Positions 1-11,414 of a stretch of 64,000 nt of DNA are shown here, in pieces. This DNA is from Takakia lepidozioides (lineage: Eukaryota > Plantae > Bryophyta). The position numbers and the translations under genes are program-made. Each line of letters opens with the position of its first letter. The first letter of the stretch is position 1. Location of the stretch: contig CM060731.1 of assembly GCA_030704615.1 (NCBI GenBank), positions 26,784,001 through 26,848,000 of the forward strand, given 5' to 3'. The notes beneath the pieces were generated by a model. It saw nothing but the letters and a program-made list of their open reading frames with translations, did no database searches and had not been told where the DNA came from.

Positions 1-680
1 TTTGGCTGTCCCCTGGAATTTATTAGTGACCGAGGAAGTCACTTCATTAATGAGACTATAGAACTATTGACTAAGAGTTCATGATTGTGCACAGGAAGAG
101 TACAACCTATTACCCACAGGGTAATGGGCAGGCAGAAGCCACCAACAAAATACTATGTACTATTTTGCTTAAGATAGTCAATGCAAACAGAACGGATTGG
201 GATACAAAGCTGTTGATAGCTTTGTGGTCATACAGGACTTCATATAAAGTCACCACTAAGTGTACACCATTCCAATTAGTTTATGGTATGGAAGCTTTAC
301 TTTCAGTGGAATTCTTGTTACCTACCATGAGAACTGAATGGGGAAGGAGAATGGAATTGGAAGATTCAATTAAAGTCAGGAAACATGAATTATATCATGT
401 GGAAGAAGTACGTGCTGATGCAGCAGATAACATGACCAGAATTCAGATGAAGAGAAGGAAGGATCATTTGATGAAGGTAAATTAAGAACTTTTAAGACGG
501 GTGATTTGGTTCTGTGGTTGCAGAAGAAGGGAAAGATTAAAGCTTCTAAGCTTAAGTCACCATGGAAAGGACCTTATGTCATACAGAAGATGTATGATAA
601 CAACACAACCATGTTACAAACCATTAACAAAGAGATGCTGGGAAGAGTCAATGCCAATAAGTTGAAGGGATACAGTGGTA
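1..680 (+). pseudogene. Gypsy integrase (rve core C-terminal half + GPY/F module), frameshifted
   Basis: FGCPLEFISDRGSHF; HRKSTTYYPQGNGQAEATNK; WD..L..ALWSYRTSYKVTTKCTPFQLVYG; KLKSPWKGPY. Confidence 0.92.
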
Positions 681-1458
681 TCCATGACAAACCATTGCAG
701 CATGATTTGCATATTGAAACACAAAAACAGTCACGGGCTGCACCGGTGATATCAACGGAGCATGAAGCACTTGTTGTAGAGCCAAATGTGTATGGCCTGA
801 GTGGAGAACATGGATGTTCACACCGTTATCACAGCCCACCACAACATCACACAGCCTATCACAGCCCACCACAGTTTGACACAATCTGTCACAGCCCAAC
901 ACCGCCCACACGGGTTGCACAGTCCATAGGGTTAGTGACAGGTGGACGCGGGTTAACGTCAGAAAAGTGGCCGGCAAGTGAAATGACAGCTTGGAAGTCA
1001 GATTCGGAGAATGTGCCACGAGGTCAGGGGAAGACGGAGGCGTGTCTAAAAACGGGCACGTGGCCACTAGGGCGAAGCACACCACGGGGCATATATTGCA
1101 AAAGTGGGTGTCATCATGCAAGAGGACAAATTGGGCCGTCAAACTACCCGGTACATCAACCAAAACTATTTGTGGGCCCATTAATGCATTCAGGGCAAAC
1201 CCTTTACGAGTACAGAAAAAGGGGACTTTTGCCACATGTGCTGTCCTAGTGGACATTCCAGGTGGGAATGTCCACTGAGGGGGGTAAAATTAAGAAGTTA
1301 CCCAAGGAGGCAACAGCCAACCAGGAGCGAGAATTTTATGCAGGTGGTTCCCTCCAAGAAACAAGAACAAGAAATTAGAAGAGTTATGAGCGGAAGAGGG
1401 GGCTCCGAATAACCAGTGTCTCGATGGGAGGGGCAATCAAAGCTATAACTTTGTAGCT

Positions 1459-3050
1459 ATGGCGGATATTACAGATTATACGCTCGTTTTACTTCTTACA
1501 CAGTGGCGCAAGGACGGACGGGTTGAGAGTACATTCTCTCTCACTCGATACTTGCAAGCTCCACAGGCTTACATGCACTTACCCGTTCCTTTCTGTGCCA
1601 ACCATACTTTTATGCTCCACGCCTTGCAAGCTTTCCTAGAGCTATTTCAAACAAGGCCATCTTGTTTGTCTGGAATGAAGAGAATTTGGGGAATGGAGGA
1701 TGTCAGGGTGAAGAGCACCACGATTCTGCAGAAGCAGACAATTGCTACACCCTAGGCTGTGCAGCTGTTGAAGGAGTTGCGATTGGAAGGACTGCTACGC
1801 AAGGAATGGTCCTTGCATCATAGGGCGCTCATGATACAATTCATTCAGAACTTTGAACCTCAGACGGGAGTTACACAAGTGAGGGAGTAGATATAGAGAT
1901 TACTCCCCAATACTTGCAGCAATTGTTTGAATTACCATCAGGCCGTGTAAATGTGGATGAGCATAGGGCAAGATTGCAGATAGGCAATTTGTTCCAAGAA
2001 CGGAGTTTCTTTAAGACTCAGGGATACACTTGCACCAAGGCCGAGTACCCAGGGTTAAAAGAAGTTGGTCAGGTTCTGAATGTTCTGTTTGCCATGAAAC
2101 AGAACCAACAATACCTTAGCAGATCATTCACGGAGGAGATACTGAAAGCCTTGAGGGGGGAAGATGTGGCTTGGGCGGACTTAATGTACAATGGTTTGGT
2201 GGAAGAGATGAAGCGGTTACAAGGCACTGCTGCTAAGTCTCCAATCGTTTTGTCTGGCCCAGTGATTGCGCAAATTATTCTTGATTCTTGCATACTTGAT
2301 GCGCGAGAACGTAAGGAGATGGGAGTGTTTGAGGCAACAACCACTGCAATTGAGGAGCAGGGCTCTTCACATGGTGATTGCAGGGGCAGCACCAGTCCAA
2401 GAGACAAAAGAGGGACACGACTATAGTGGCCGATCCACTAGCTTCAATGAAACTGTGAAAAGATGATGTTTCCAGAGCTCTTGTGCAAGATGGGGAACAA
2501 CAGCACAGAGGGCTGTTATTACTGGAAGCACGACCTTTGGAGAGGGAAGAAGAAGTCACTTTGGTACCACAGCCATCACAGCTAGTTGACTCGGTTGTCT
2601 CAAAGGTCCCTCAGTTAGTACATGTTGTTGCACCAGAGCCTATTGCTCTGGAAGTAGAAGGGTTGGACATTCCCACTACAGAGCAGGTCGTGGCAGAAAC
2701 TAAAAAGGGTGACCTTCTCTATGAAACTCTGGCTTGGTCAGGGAACCAGTGGTACCAGAGGTGCAAAGTTTGTCCAAGGAAATCCCTGCTGTGCATGTGA
2801 TACCCAAACCTGTGGCAGAGGTTCCAGAGGTAGAATGTAAGGGCACTACAGCGCCTATGGAGAATGAGGTCGTTCAGGAAAAAGATCTTGTGGGAACATG
2901 GCCTGAATGGTTGGTGAAATATGACACTGTGGAGGATCAGGGAGAACAGTAGCAAGTTCACCATGAAGATCCACGGCAGGCCATGCTTATGAGTTCTATA
3001 AGCAGGACACTCAATTTGTTGGGCACTTATGTGAAATCCCATGTTCCATC
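1459..3050 (+). pseudogene. Extra 3' ORF of the gypsy element, part 1 (Athila-ORF / plant transposon protein-like N-terminus)
   Basis: Sense ORF pieces broken by stops and frameshifts (LQQLFELPSG...KALRGEDVAWADLMYNGLVEEMKRL). Reads TYVKSHVP|STQLAALREELKQ across the MULE copy 1 insertion once the element and one TSD are removed. Confidence 0.65.
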
Positions 3051-3110
3051 GGGGGCTGCTATTTCATGAGCGGCATGAGCATGAGCGGAAAAAAAAAAAA
3101 CATGAGCGGG
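3051..3110 (+). repeat. Terminal inverted repeat A with internal CATGAGC(GG) repeats
   Basis: gggggctgctatttcatgagcggcatgagcatgagcgg...catgagcggg; matches rc of 14865-14912 and rc of 43477-43536. Confidence 0.85.
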
Positions 3111-3260
3111 CCGAATTGTGTCCACGGAAATAGGGTTAGGAGGCACGGAAATAGGGTCATGTGGACTCGTCATAGCAATGAAATGCAACATTTTATTGCA
3201 AATTTGGTGGCAAGCCACGTCTATACAAGTGTGTCCTAACTGTCATAGCAGGAATGGGAA

Positions 3261-6200
3261 CTACTCTCCTACACCTTCCGAGGAACTTGGCCCTCCTTCT
3301 TCCTCATCCCCCTCCCCCTCATCCTCCGAGCTCTGTGATGCATCGGTTGCAGTATGCCTCTCAAAAATGTCGTCCTCTCCTTGGGGGACTGTCCACCTCA
3401 CCTCCTGGGAATCTTCTGCCTCTTCTCCCCCACTTTCCTCAGCAGAATCCAACACAAATCTACGAGCCCGACGGGCTCTAATAGCTGCTGCCTCCTCCTC
3501 ATCTTCATTTTCTTGAGGCTTGCCTCGTCTAAAATCTGCTGTACACGACTAGGTTCGGAACACCTCCTAATGGACACCGAAGCAAGCCGGGCAGCATAAG
3601 TAGGAAGGATGTAGTCCCTTTCTGGACTAGGCATGAAATCCCACAAAAAAAGGCACGTTCCTCCTGCCCATGAACTCCGGTGTAGACGTCCCTCTTGCCG
3701 TACTTGGCATCCTACAGTAAGAACAAATCCACTTCAAGAATGTCAATACCAGCAGAAGCAGAAAGGGTAATAGAGAGCGAGGGAGGTGCCTCACGAAATC
3801 TGGAGGCAACTAACAATGCGACACCACTCACTCGTACACCGGGTTCCTCGGCCTCGATCCCAACTTGTTCCTCCCCCTGCTCCTTCTCGGATTTTTCCTC
3901 ATCCTCCGAGGATGCCTCCTCCTCTTTCGGCAGACGTTCAGCCGCTGCAAGTTCCAAGTTGTGGAGGGTAGTATCTGGCTCGAAGGCAAACACATGCCTG
4001 TCGGACAACGTCCCTGCCCACATTGAAGCACCTGAGGAACAAAGCGGGCGGTTAATAGCTTGCGGCATGCAATTGCAATCGGGCTAGGGGACAAACTGAG
4101 CACGTGAAGGCTTACCCGTGCCGCATGTGAGGTCCAGAATCCGCCCTTGGACATCCGAGCACGTCTCCATGAGGGTTTGGATGAAAACAGGTCTCCGGGT
4201 CCGGCTGTACCGCCACGGTTTGCCTGTCTTTGTGTCCTTCGGCATACTGGAGTGGGGCACATAGTTGTAGAGGACATCGTAGGTAACAGGGTCCACAGCG
4301 GCATCAACAAGACGACCGTCGTTGCGGAATTTCGAATGTAGACCCTCTCTTCTCACAAAGCAATATGCCTCAAACACCAATATCTGCACATCCAACAAAG
4401 AGGGGATCAACTCCGGGATCTAGTTTAGATACACCACAATATGAGGTGAATGCAATAGATTGAGAACTTACACTTTGGCCCTCTGTTCCCAACCCCTATG
4501 TATTGATGCAGAACCATTTTTTGAGGAGGACCGGGGTGACACTTTTCCACCTTGCCACCGCATTCTCTGTGGTCTTCCCTCTTGTGGCAAGGACAACCAC
4601 ACATCCACCGTCATCCAGAAGCATCCCCGCCAGCCCAAACCCGGCTTTCCAGTAGTCCTCAGTAAACCTGTTCCAGGTGGGCACACCATCCAGACCCTCC
4701 AGCAGCTCCCCATCTGGAATGTCGAGGAGAATCATGTCGCAAGCTCTCTCCACCTCAACCCCCCCCCGAGTGCTCTTGCAATCCGTGCTCACAGCCGTGA
4801 AGAATTCCATCATGGCTTCAAAACCAGGGGTGTCTTTAGGCTCTGTATCGGCAGCCCCTCTCTTGGCTTTTGCTCCGCCAGAGACTTGCTGTGTGCCACC
4901 TTCTTCGCCCTAGCAGCGAGAGCGTCAAGGAAGCTCTCATTGACGCATTGGATGATGGTTGGAGGTTCTAGCTTTGGCCTGTGCATAAACGTCACCGCCG
5001 AATACCGTCGTGTAGGCTCGCCCTCAAATGCCAACTTCTTGGCAGAGCCAGTCCCACTCCGAACTGACTTGGGAACTCGGATGACGGGTGACTAGGTAGC
5101 AGCAACAGCAGTCGTAGGACCTTGAACAAAGTCGTCGTCCGAGTCACTCTCTTGGGTCCCCTCCTGCGCCTGCTCCGATGCCCCGATGGTTTTCTGTTTG
5201 GGTGCTGCAGGTTTCCTTGTCCTTTGGCCTTTACTCTTCTCATTCAATTTCTCTGAATTCCTGCCTGAGCAAGCTCTGCCGCTTTCCTGGAGTTCGCAAG
5301 CGCTTTTGCCTCTTTTGCACCCAGCGGAGGCAGCGGAGCCCGGTTTTGTTGGGCCTCAGCATCCAGCTTCAATTGAAACTCGGATGGGTCGAGCATGCAG
5401 GGCGGAAGGTCCACATACCAAGGGCAATCACGCAAATGTTCCAGATGCCACTCCTTCACAATATCGTCAGTGTACATGGAGTCAGCCCCAGGGTTCCTCC
5501 ATGCCAGGAAGAATGGTGGCTCGAAAGAGAGATGACCTTTCTCCAAAAGGGAGAACTTGCAGTACCTGCATTCATGAAAAACTCAATGAGGTCCTTGAAC
5601 TGCAAATTCGGCGCCATTTTCCCAGGTTGGGGCGGATCTGAGTGGCCTAGAATGGAAAAATGGTGCCGAATTTCGGTTTTCGGTGACAGCCACCCTAGGG
5701 ACTTAGCCATCTTGGGAGCCCTGAACTGGAAATTCGGCGCCATTTTTCCCGGTTTAGCCCGAAGATGGCTAAGTCCCAGAACGGCAATAGGGCCTAGAAC
5801 TGGAAAAATGGCGCCGAATTTCCAGTTCAGGGCCAGCCACCCTAGGGACTTAGCCATTTTCGGAGCCCTGACTGGAAATTCGGCGCCATTTTCCCAGGTC
5901 CGGCCTGAAAATGGCTGTCCCATATGGCCTTGACCTGGAAAAATGGCGCCGAATTTCCAGTTCAGGGCCAGCCACCCTACTTAGCCATTTTCGGAGCCTT
6001 GATCTGGAAATTTGGCGCCATTTTCCCAAAGACCAATTTTCATGCACCACATGAGGCCTCTAACATCCTGAAATGCAAGGACTTGAAAGGAAGGCATCGC
6101 GTATGTACCTTTACAGAAGGCGCATTGCTGCTTTGTCCGCGTTCGGCTGGTCGGTGAACTCGTGGCTCCGGCATGTGGTATCTCCCGAAAGAATAGGTCG

Positions 6201-8566
6201 GTTTTGTAGAGTAGAAAGTACCTCGTCACATAGTCGCGTAGGGTCTCTGCTGCAGGAGAAATCTCCATCTTGAACTGATATGCTTGTGTGTCCAGCTGCT
6301 CTTGCGCATTCGTCGTCACCTGTGGAGATTCTCCATCAGATCGCATTCCTGAAAAAATACAATGAATCCACCCCCTACAAGAGTAGAAGCGCCAAAACGA
6401 AGCGTGGGGAAGTACCTGAAACCACCATGTCTTGCGGTTCATCCACATGTCGAATGTGGGGTCAGACAGTTTGTCCGGTTTGGGGAAGCTCCACATGTCC
6501 CTTATACTTTGGGAACCATTCCAGATTTGGAGCCACCGGGTCTGTCCAACCACCCAGCATATTCGTAAGCGCCAAACACCACAAAAACGAGTTGTTGCCA
6601 CCACAATTTGGTTAAGAATGTATCACCTTTTATGCACCATCCACATAGGATGTGGCTAGACGATGGAGCTTCTCCAATGTCATCGTGGGCTTCAGAGCGC
6701 GGGAGTAGTGCTTCCCCACCTCCACCAGAAAGTCGGCACCAAGGGCGGGATCAGCTATGGCCACATACTTTACCATCCGCGACTTGTACTTTATGCGGGC
6801 CCTGGCCTCCGCAGCTTTGAGATACGATTCGAGTGCCGGGAGGGTTAGATTCTTCTCCTCTTACTCCATGTAGAACCTCCGCGCATGTGCCAAATCCTGC
6901 TGAATTTTTGTCTGTCAAGAATGCGCACATAAGATTAGAGATCCTGCTCAACACTTTTTCTTCTATTGGGGGAGGAGAGACAGATTAGCTCAACAAAACA
7001 GTCAGGAGCTTTACCCGAAATATGTAGTCCACCATGGCGTCCATGCTCAGCCTATACCAGGTTCGGTCTGCCTTTGCCTCCGACTTGCGCAGGAGGTCGG
7101 CACTGAGCGAATTGGCAAACTCTTGCACCCCCTGCTTCCCGACATCCTTCACTCGGAAGAGCATATGGGACAAGTTGGTGGCAATGAAGGCATTCTCAGT
7201 CACCCTGCAATGCCACATTTCCATCAACCAATTCTGAAATGGGAATTTACAACAAATATGAGGATTCGCAATGAAATGACTTACAATCGGATGGGTCCAA
7301 AAGCAAGAGGCGTTTGTAACTTATGAGTTGATGTCCGCATTGCAGCTTTGAGAAGACTGCGATCTTTGGGCCCCGCAACCTTCAACACAACACACACTCC
7401 ACGGCGAAATGCCAATCGAGGTCGTTGGGGTGGGCTTCGTCTATGTGCTCCATCCATGCCAGGAGGCGATGATTGCCGTCCCACACGTAAAACATCTTTC
7501 CGGACAAGTGCTGGAAAAGAGGATCAATAACAATCGATCTCTCGAACTCCTCATTTCGCCTTTGCCAATGAGGACCCCATTTGTCCACCTCATCGGAAGT
7601 GTGGCACGGGAAGCTCCGTGGTCGTTCTCAATGGAAACGTAAAACGCGGCAGACCCCATTCGATATCCATCCTGGAAAGAGAATTTCAGCTTGTCGATAT
7701 CGCCTGGGAGGGCAGGTCTCACCACCTGCAAAGACACCAAGCGGCAAAGGGGAATTCGAAGCTTGGCCGGGTACACCATGCCCCCGCACCCTGCCAATGT
7801 TGCTGTGTGGGTTGCCTCCAACATCTTGGCAGCGGCCAACTTCATATCCGCCTCCGACATGACGTCTGCTGCAGAGGGGTTCTCCGGCAGCCCACCAGGA
7901 CCGCCAAATCCAGCCTGTATGCTGCGGGTTTGGGCCTGGGGATGTCCGGGAGGATGTCATCCTGGTCAGAAAGCTCGTGTCGTCCTCCTCAACATGGTTC
8001 GTGGCGGCCATCTCCCCGGCTTCACCTCGAACTTGCACAATCCGTGCTCTTGGTGGTGTTCTTTCCTCTCCTCCACTCTCCACCGTATGGGTAATTGCGG
8101 GGGCTGCTCTTGTCCGATGGTGTAACCGGTGTGCTGCCTCTTTGTGGTGTCTTGGAGGGATCCACCGTCTCTGTGCATCCCTCGCTTACATTGACATCTG
8201 TCATTTGGGCACCCCTGGCCTCTTCAGTGGCCTTTTCTCTTTCCTCCTCCTGGCTAGCCTTTTCGCCTGTTCTTTTGTTCTTTTGCCCTCTCTTTGCCCT
8301 CTCACGGGCTTTCTGATTCTTACTAGGGCTAGCAGCAGGGGAGCCCTCCAGGACGACCACCTTTGATTGAGGAGAAGGAACACCCTCGCGCGCACTGCTC
8401 TCACTCCCCCCTCCGCAGCCCGTGACGGCTCTCTCTCTCGCCGGGGATTGCATGTGCTTAGCTTTCTTCTTCTTCTTTTTGCGTGGGCGGGCCCTACTGC
8501 ATGTGCATCAAAAACCTCCATTGCCGGATCTGCTGTCCTCACGTCCTCACGCCCTTCACCTGCCAT
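3261..8566 (-). pseudogene. MULE cargo gene copy 1: ParB/Srx-like domain + beta-class amino-DNA-methyltransferase-like domain, multi-exon, disrupted
   Basis: IPLCRLVSLQVVRP..DIDKLKFSFQDGY...FYVWDGNHRLLAW (~7325-7770). DMILLDIPDG...AGMLLDDGGCVVVL (~4590-4740). RPVFIQTLMETCSDVQGRILDLTCGTG|ASMWAGTLSDRHVFAFEPD after splicing GT-AG intron 4032-4115. Further GT-AG intron 5566-6108. Start codon uncertain. Confidence 0.75.
5600..6030. repeat. Short (about 3 monomer) ancestral form of the 146-bp satellite inside intron 5566-6108
   Basis: ccaccctagggacttagccat...ctggaaattcggcgccattttccc is the rc of the monomer amplified at 27290-40960. Confidence 0.85.
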
Positions 8567-9329
8567 GCCGCCTGCACCAACCTCCCCAATGCCTATTCTG
8601 TCGTACCCTCGCTGCAGGTCCTCCCGTCCACCAACAAAAGGTTGAAGTTTGCCCTCTCGCCCCAAGTTGGGCGATTCAAACATGCGATGAGTTGGAGCGG
8701 TCGATGATACCACCAGCGTGCCGGGCTCGTCGTCACTCTGTCATTCCCAAAATGGTCAGAACCAACGTCGGTGCCAAAACCAACATGGCAACGAGCAGCG
8801 CAACCACCATAGCAACAATCGTGGAACAACAATGAAAACAAAACAAGTTTAGGAAGTATGGAGTGCCATGGAACAACAATGAAAACAAAAATCCAACCAA
8901 TGCCTAAGAATGACATGGCTCCAGCGATGCCAGGATGAAGATGCAAAAAAAAGCGAAACAACAAAGAAAGCGAAAGCGAACAAAACGAAAGCAGAAGTGG
9001 CTTGCCTGAGAGTACTCTCGGCTTCAGTTGGCGCGGTTGTGAGCAAGACACTGGAATCTCCTGCTGGAGCTTAAGTTTGGCCATGCGAGAGATTGGCCGT
9101 CGTCCGTAGTACAAAGCTTTCAACTTCCGCCGCGGTCTGGATGTGAGGTCTCTCTCAGGAGAGCCACGCCCTTCAGGCGGCATAAGTCCCAGCCAAAATG
9201 GAAAAAGATCTTAGTTTTTTGGGATATATGCCTCGAATAGAAGTTAATCCAAGATTAGCATCAGATTTAGGGTACGTATCGAGGAAGCCATGTGTCGCCA
9301 GCCCGAATAAAAACGGACGGCGGTGGACA

Positions 9330-11150
9330 TTTAATGCCCATCCGCCAGGTACGGCGCGCGCAAAAATTTTTCCGTCATGCAGGTAATTCGAGGCAGCAGG
9401 GATGGAAATTCAGCGCGAATTTCCACCACGCAGGTAATTCGGAGCCGGATGGATGGAAATCCGGCGCCGGATTTCCATCCTGCCAAGGTAGGGAGGCGCG
9501 CGAAATTTCCGCCACGCAGGTAATTCGGAGCCGGATGGATGGAAATCCGGCACCGGATTTTCATCCTGCCAGGTAGGGCGGCGCGCGAAATTTCCGCCAC
9601 GCAGGTAATTCGGAGCCGGATGGATGGAAATCCAGCGCCGGATTTCCATCCGCTAGGTTGGTCGGAGCGGATGGAAATCCCGGCGCCGGATTTCCATCCT
9701 GCCAGGTCGGCGCGCGAAATTTCCGGCAGGGAGCCAATGGATGGATCCCGGCGCCGGATTTCCATCCTGCCAGGTAAGGTGGCACGCGAAATTTCCGCCA
9801 CGCAGGTAATTCGGAGCCGGATGGATGGAAATCCGGTGCCGGATTTCCATCTGCCAGGTTGGTCGGAGAGCGGATGGATGGAAATCCGGCGCCGGATTTC
9901 CATCCTGCCAGGTAGGGCGGCGCGCGTAAACCGCCACGCAGGTAATTCGGAGGCGGATGGATGGAAATCCGGCGCCGGATTTCTATCCGCTAGGTTGGTC
10001 CGGATGGATGGAAATTCAGCGCCGAATTTCCATCCGGCAGGTAGGGCGCGCGCAAAATTTGCGTCATGCAGGTAATTTCGGAGCGGATCAGGATGGAAAT
10101 TCGGCGCCGAATTTCCATCCTGCAGGTAATTCGAAGCCCGGATGGATGGAAATCCGGCGCCGAATTTCCATTCGCCAGGTAAGTTGAAGCGCCGAATTAC
10201 CTTCCTGCAGGTAATTCTGAGCGTTGCCGCTTGGTTTTTCGGAGAAAAAACAAACTAAACTGTTAGTTTTGTGGCTGAAGTCCACTTTTAGACACGTTTT
10301 TCATGGAATCCTTGACTGCTAATTCGGCGCCGTTTTTCCATCCTGGGTTTTTTTATATCGTCCCAGTTTTGGGCCTCACCCACCCCGACCGGACTTCCTC
10401 TGAGGGGGCCCGGATGGAAATTCGGCGGCGAATTTCCATCCGGGGGATGGTCTCTGTCGGACAGGTGCCGGCCTCTACGCCCGAGGCGACTTCTTCCGGC
10501 CGTCACCCGTTCGAAATTCGGTGCCGAATTTCCGTCCAGGGGTTGAAATGTGACGGCCAGGTGCCGGCCTCTCCCCCCTCCCCGACTGCATCCGAATGGC
10601 CCCCGGATCGAAATTCAGCGCCGTTTTCTCATCTGGGGAGGTTTTTATGTCGGCCAGTTTTCAATCTGCCCCCCCGACATGACTTCGTTTGGGGGGGCCC
10701 GGATGGAAATTCGGCGCCCGAATCTCCATCCAGGGGATGCTCTCTGTCGAACACGCGCTGGCCTCTATGCCCGAGGCGACTTCATCCGGGCTTCCTCTGT
10801 TGGATATTCGGTGCCGAATTTCCGTCCGGGGGTTGTAATGTGAGGGCCAGGTGGCGGCCTTTCCCCCGAGCCGACAGCATCCGAACGGTCTCGGATGGAA
10901 ATTCGGCACCGTTTTTCCATCCGGCGAGGTTTTTATGTCGGTCAGTTTTCGGCCTGACGCCCCGACACGGACTTCATCCGAATGGAAATTCGGCGCTGAA
11001 TTTCCATCCGGGGGTTGTTCTCTGTCGGACAGGTTCCGGCCTCTCTGCCCGAGGCGACTTCATACGTGGCGGCCCTGCGGTGCTGTTATTCGTGCCGAAT
11101 TTTCATCCGGGGGGTAGTAATGTGACGGCACGGTGCCGACTTCTCCCCTT
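9330..11150. repeat. Intergenic palindromic tandem repeats between the divergent MULE genes (copy 1)
   Basis: ~85-bp units with perfect 30-bp palindromes GGATGGAAATCCGGCGCCGGATTTCCATCC (9451-9480) and GGATGGAAATTCGGCGCCGAATTTCCATCC (10091-10120). Longer ~290-bp units at 10320-11150. Confidence 0.9.
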
Positions 11151-11414
11151 CAGCTGACATCATCCGGACGGCCCCCCACTTTCTGACTGCATACCGTTGG
11201 CAGTTATTGCGCAAAGACCAGGGGCCGCATTCCTGAGACAAGGTTCATTAACACTCTAACTGTGGATTTTTTGAGATAGTTGGCTCCCTGGATTTGGATC
11301 AGGCTTCGTCGCTCGGACAAATCGGCACCGCATTCCTTCCCATCGCTGCATCATCCCCCTTCTACCAGGGAGCTTGCCCGCACGCCATCCTGGGAGTCTT
11401 GTGTGCACATCCCC

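Noticed and set aside
7325-7770. Bacterial/plasmid contamination as source of the ParB-like sequence
   Set aside because: The gene has spliceosomal GT-AG introns and lies inside a TIR/TSD-bounded eukaryotic transposon nested in a plant retrotransposon.
9331-11157. ORFs such as 9331-9903, 9539-10075, 10303-11157 and 22448-23358
   Set aside because: Open frames from GC-rich palindromic repeats; repetitive peptides with no domain features.
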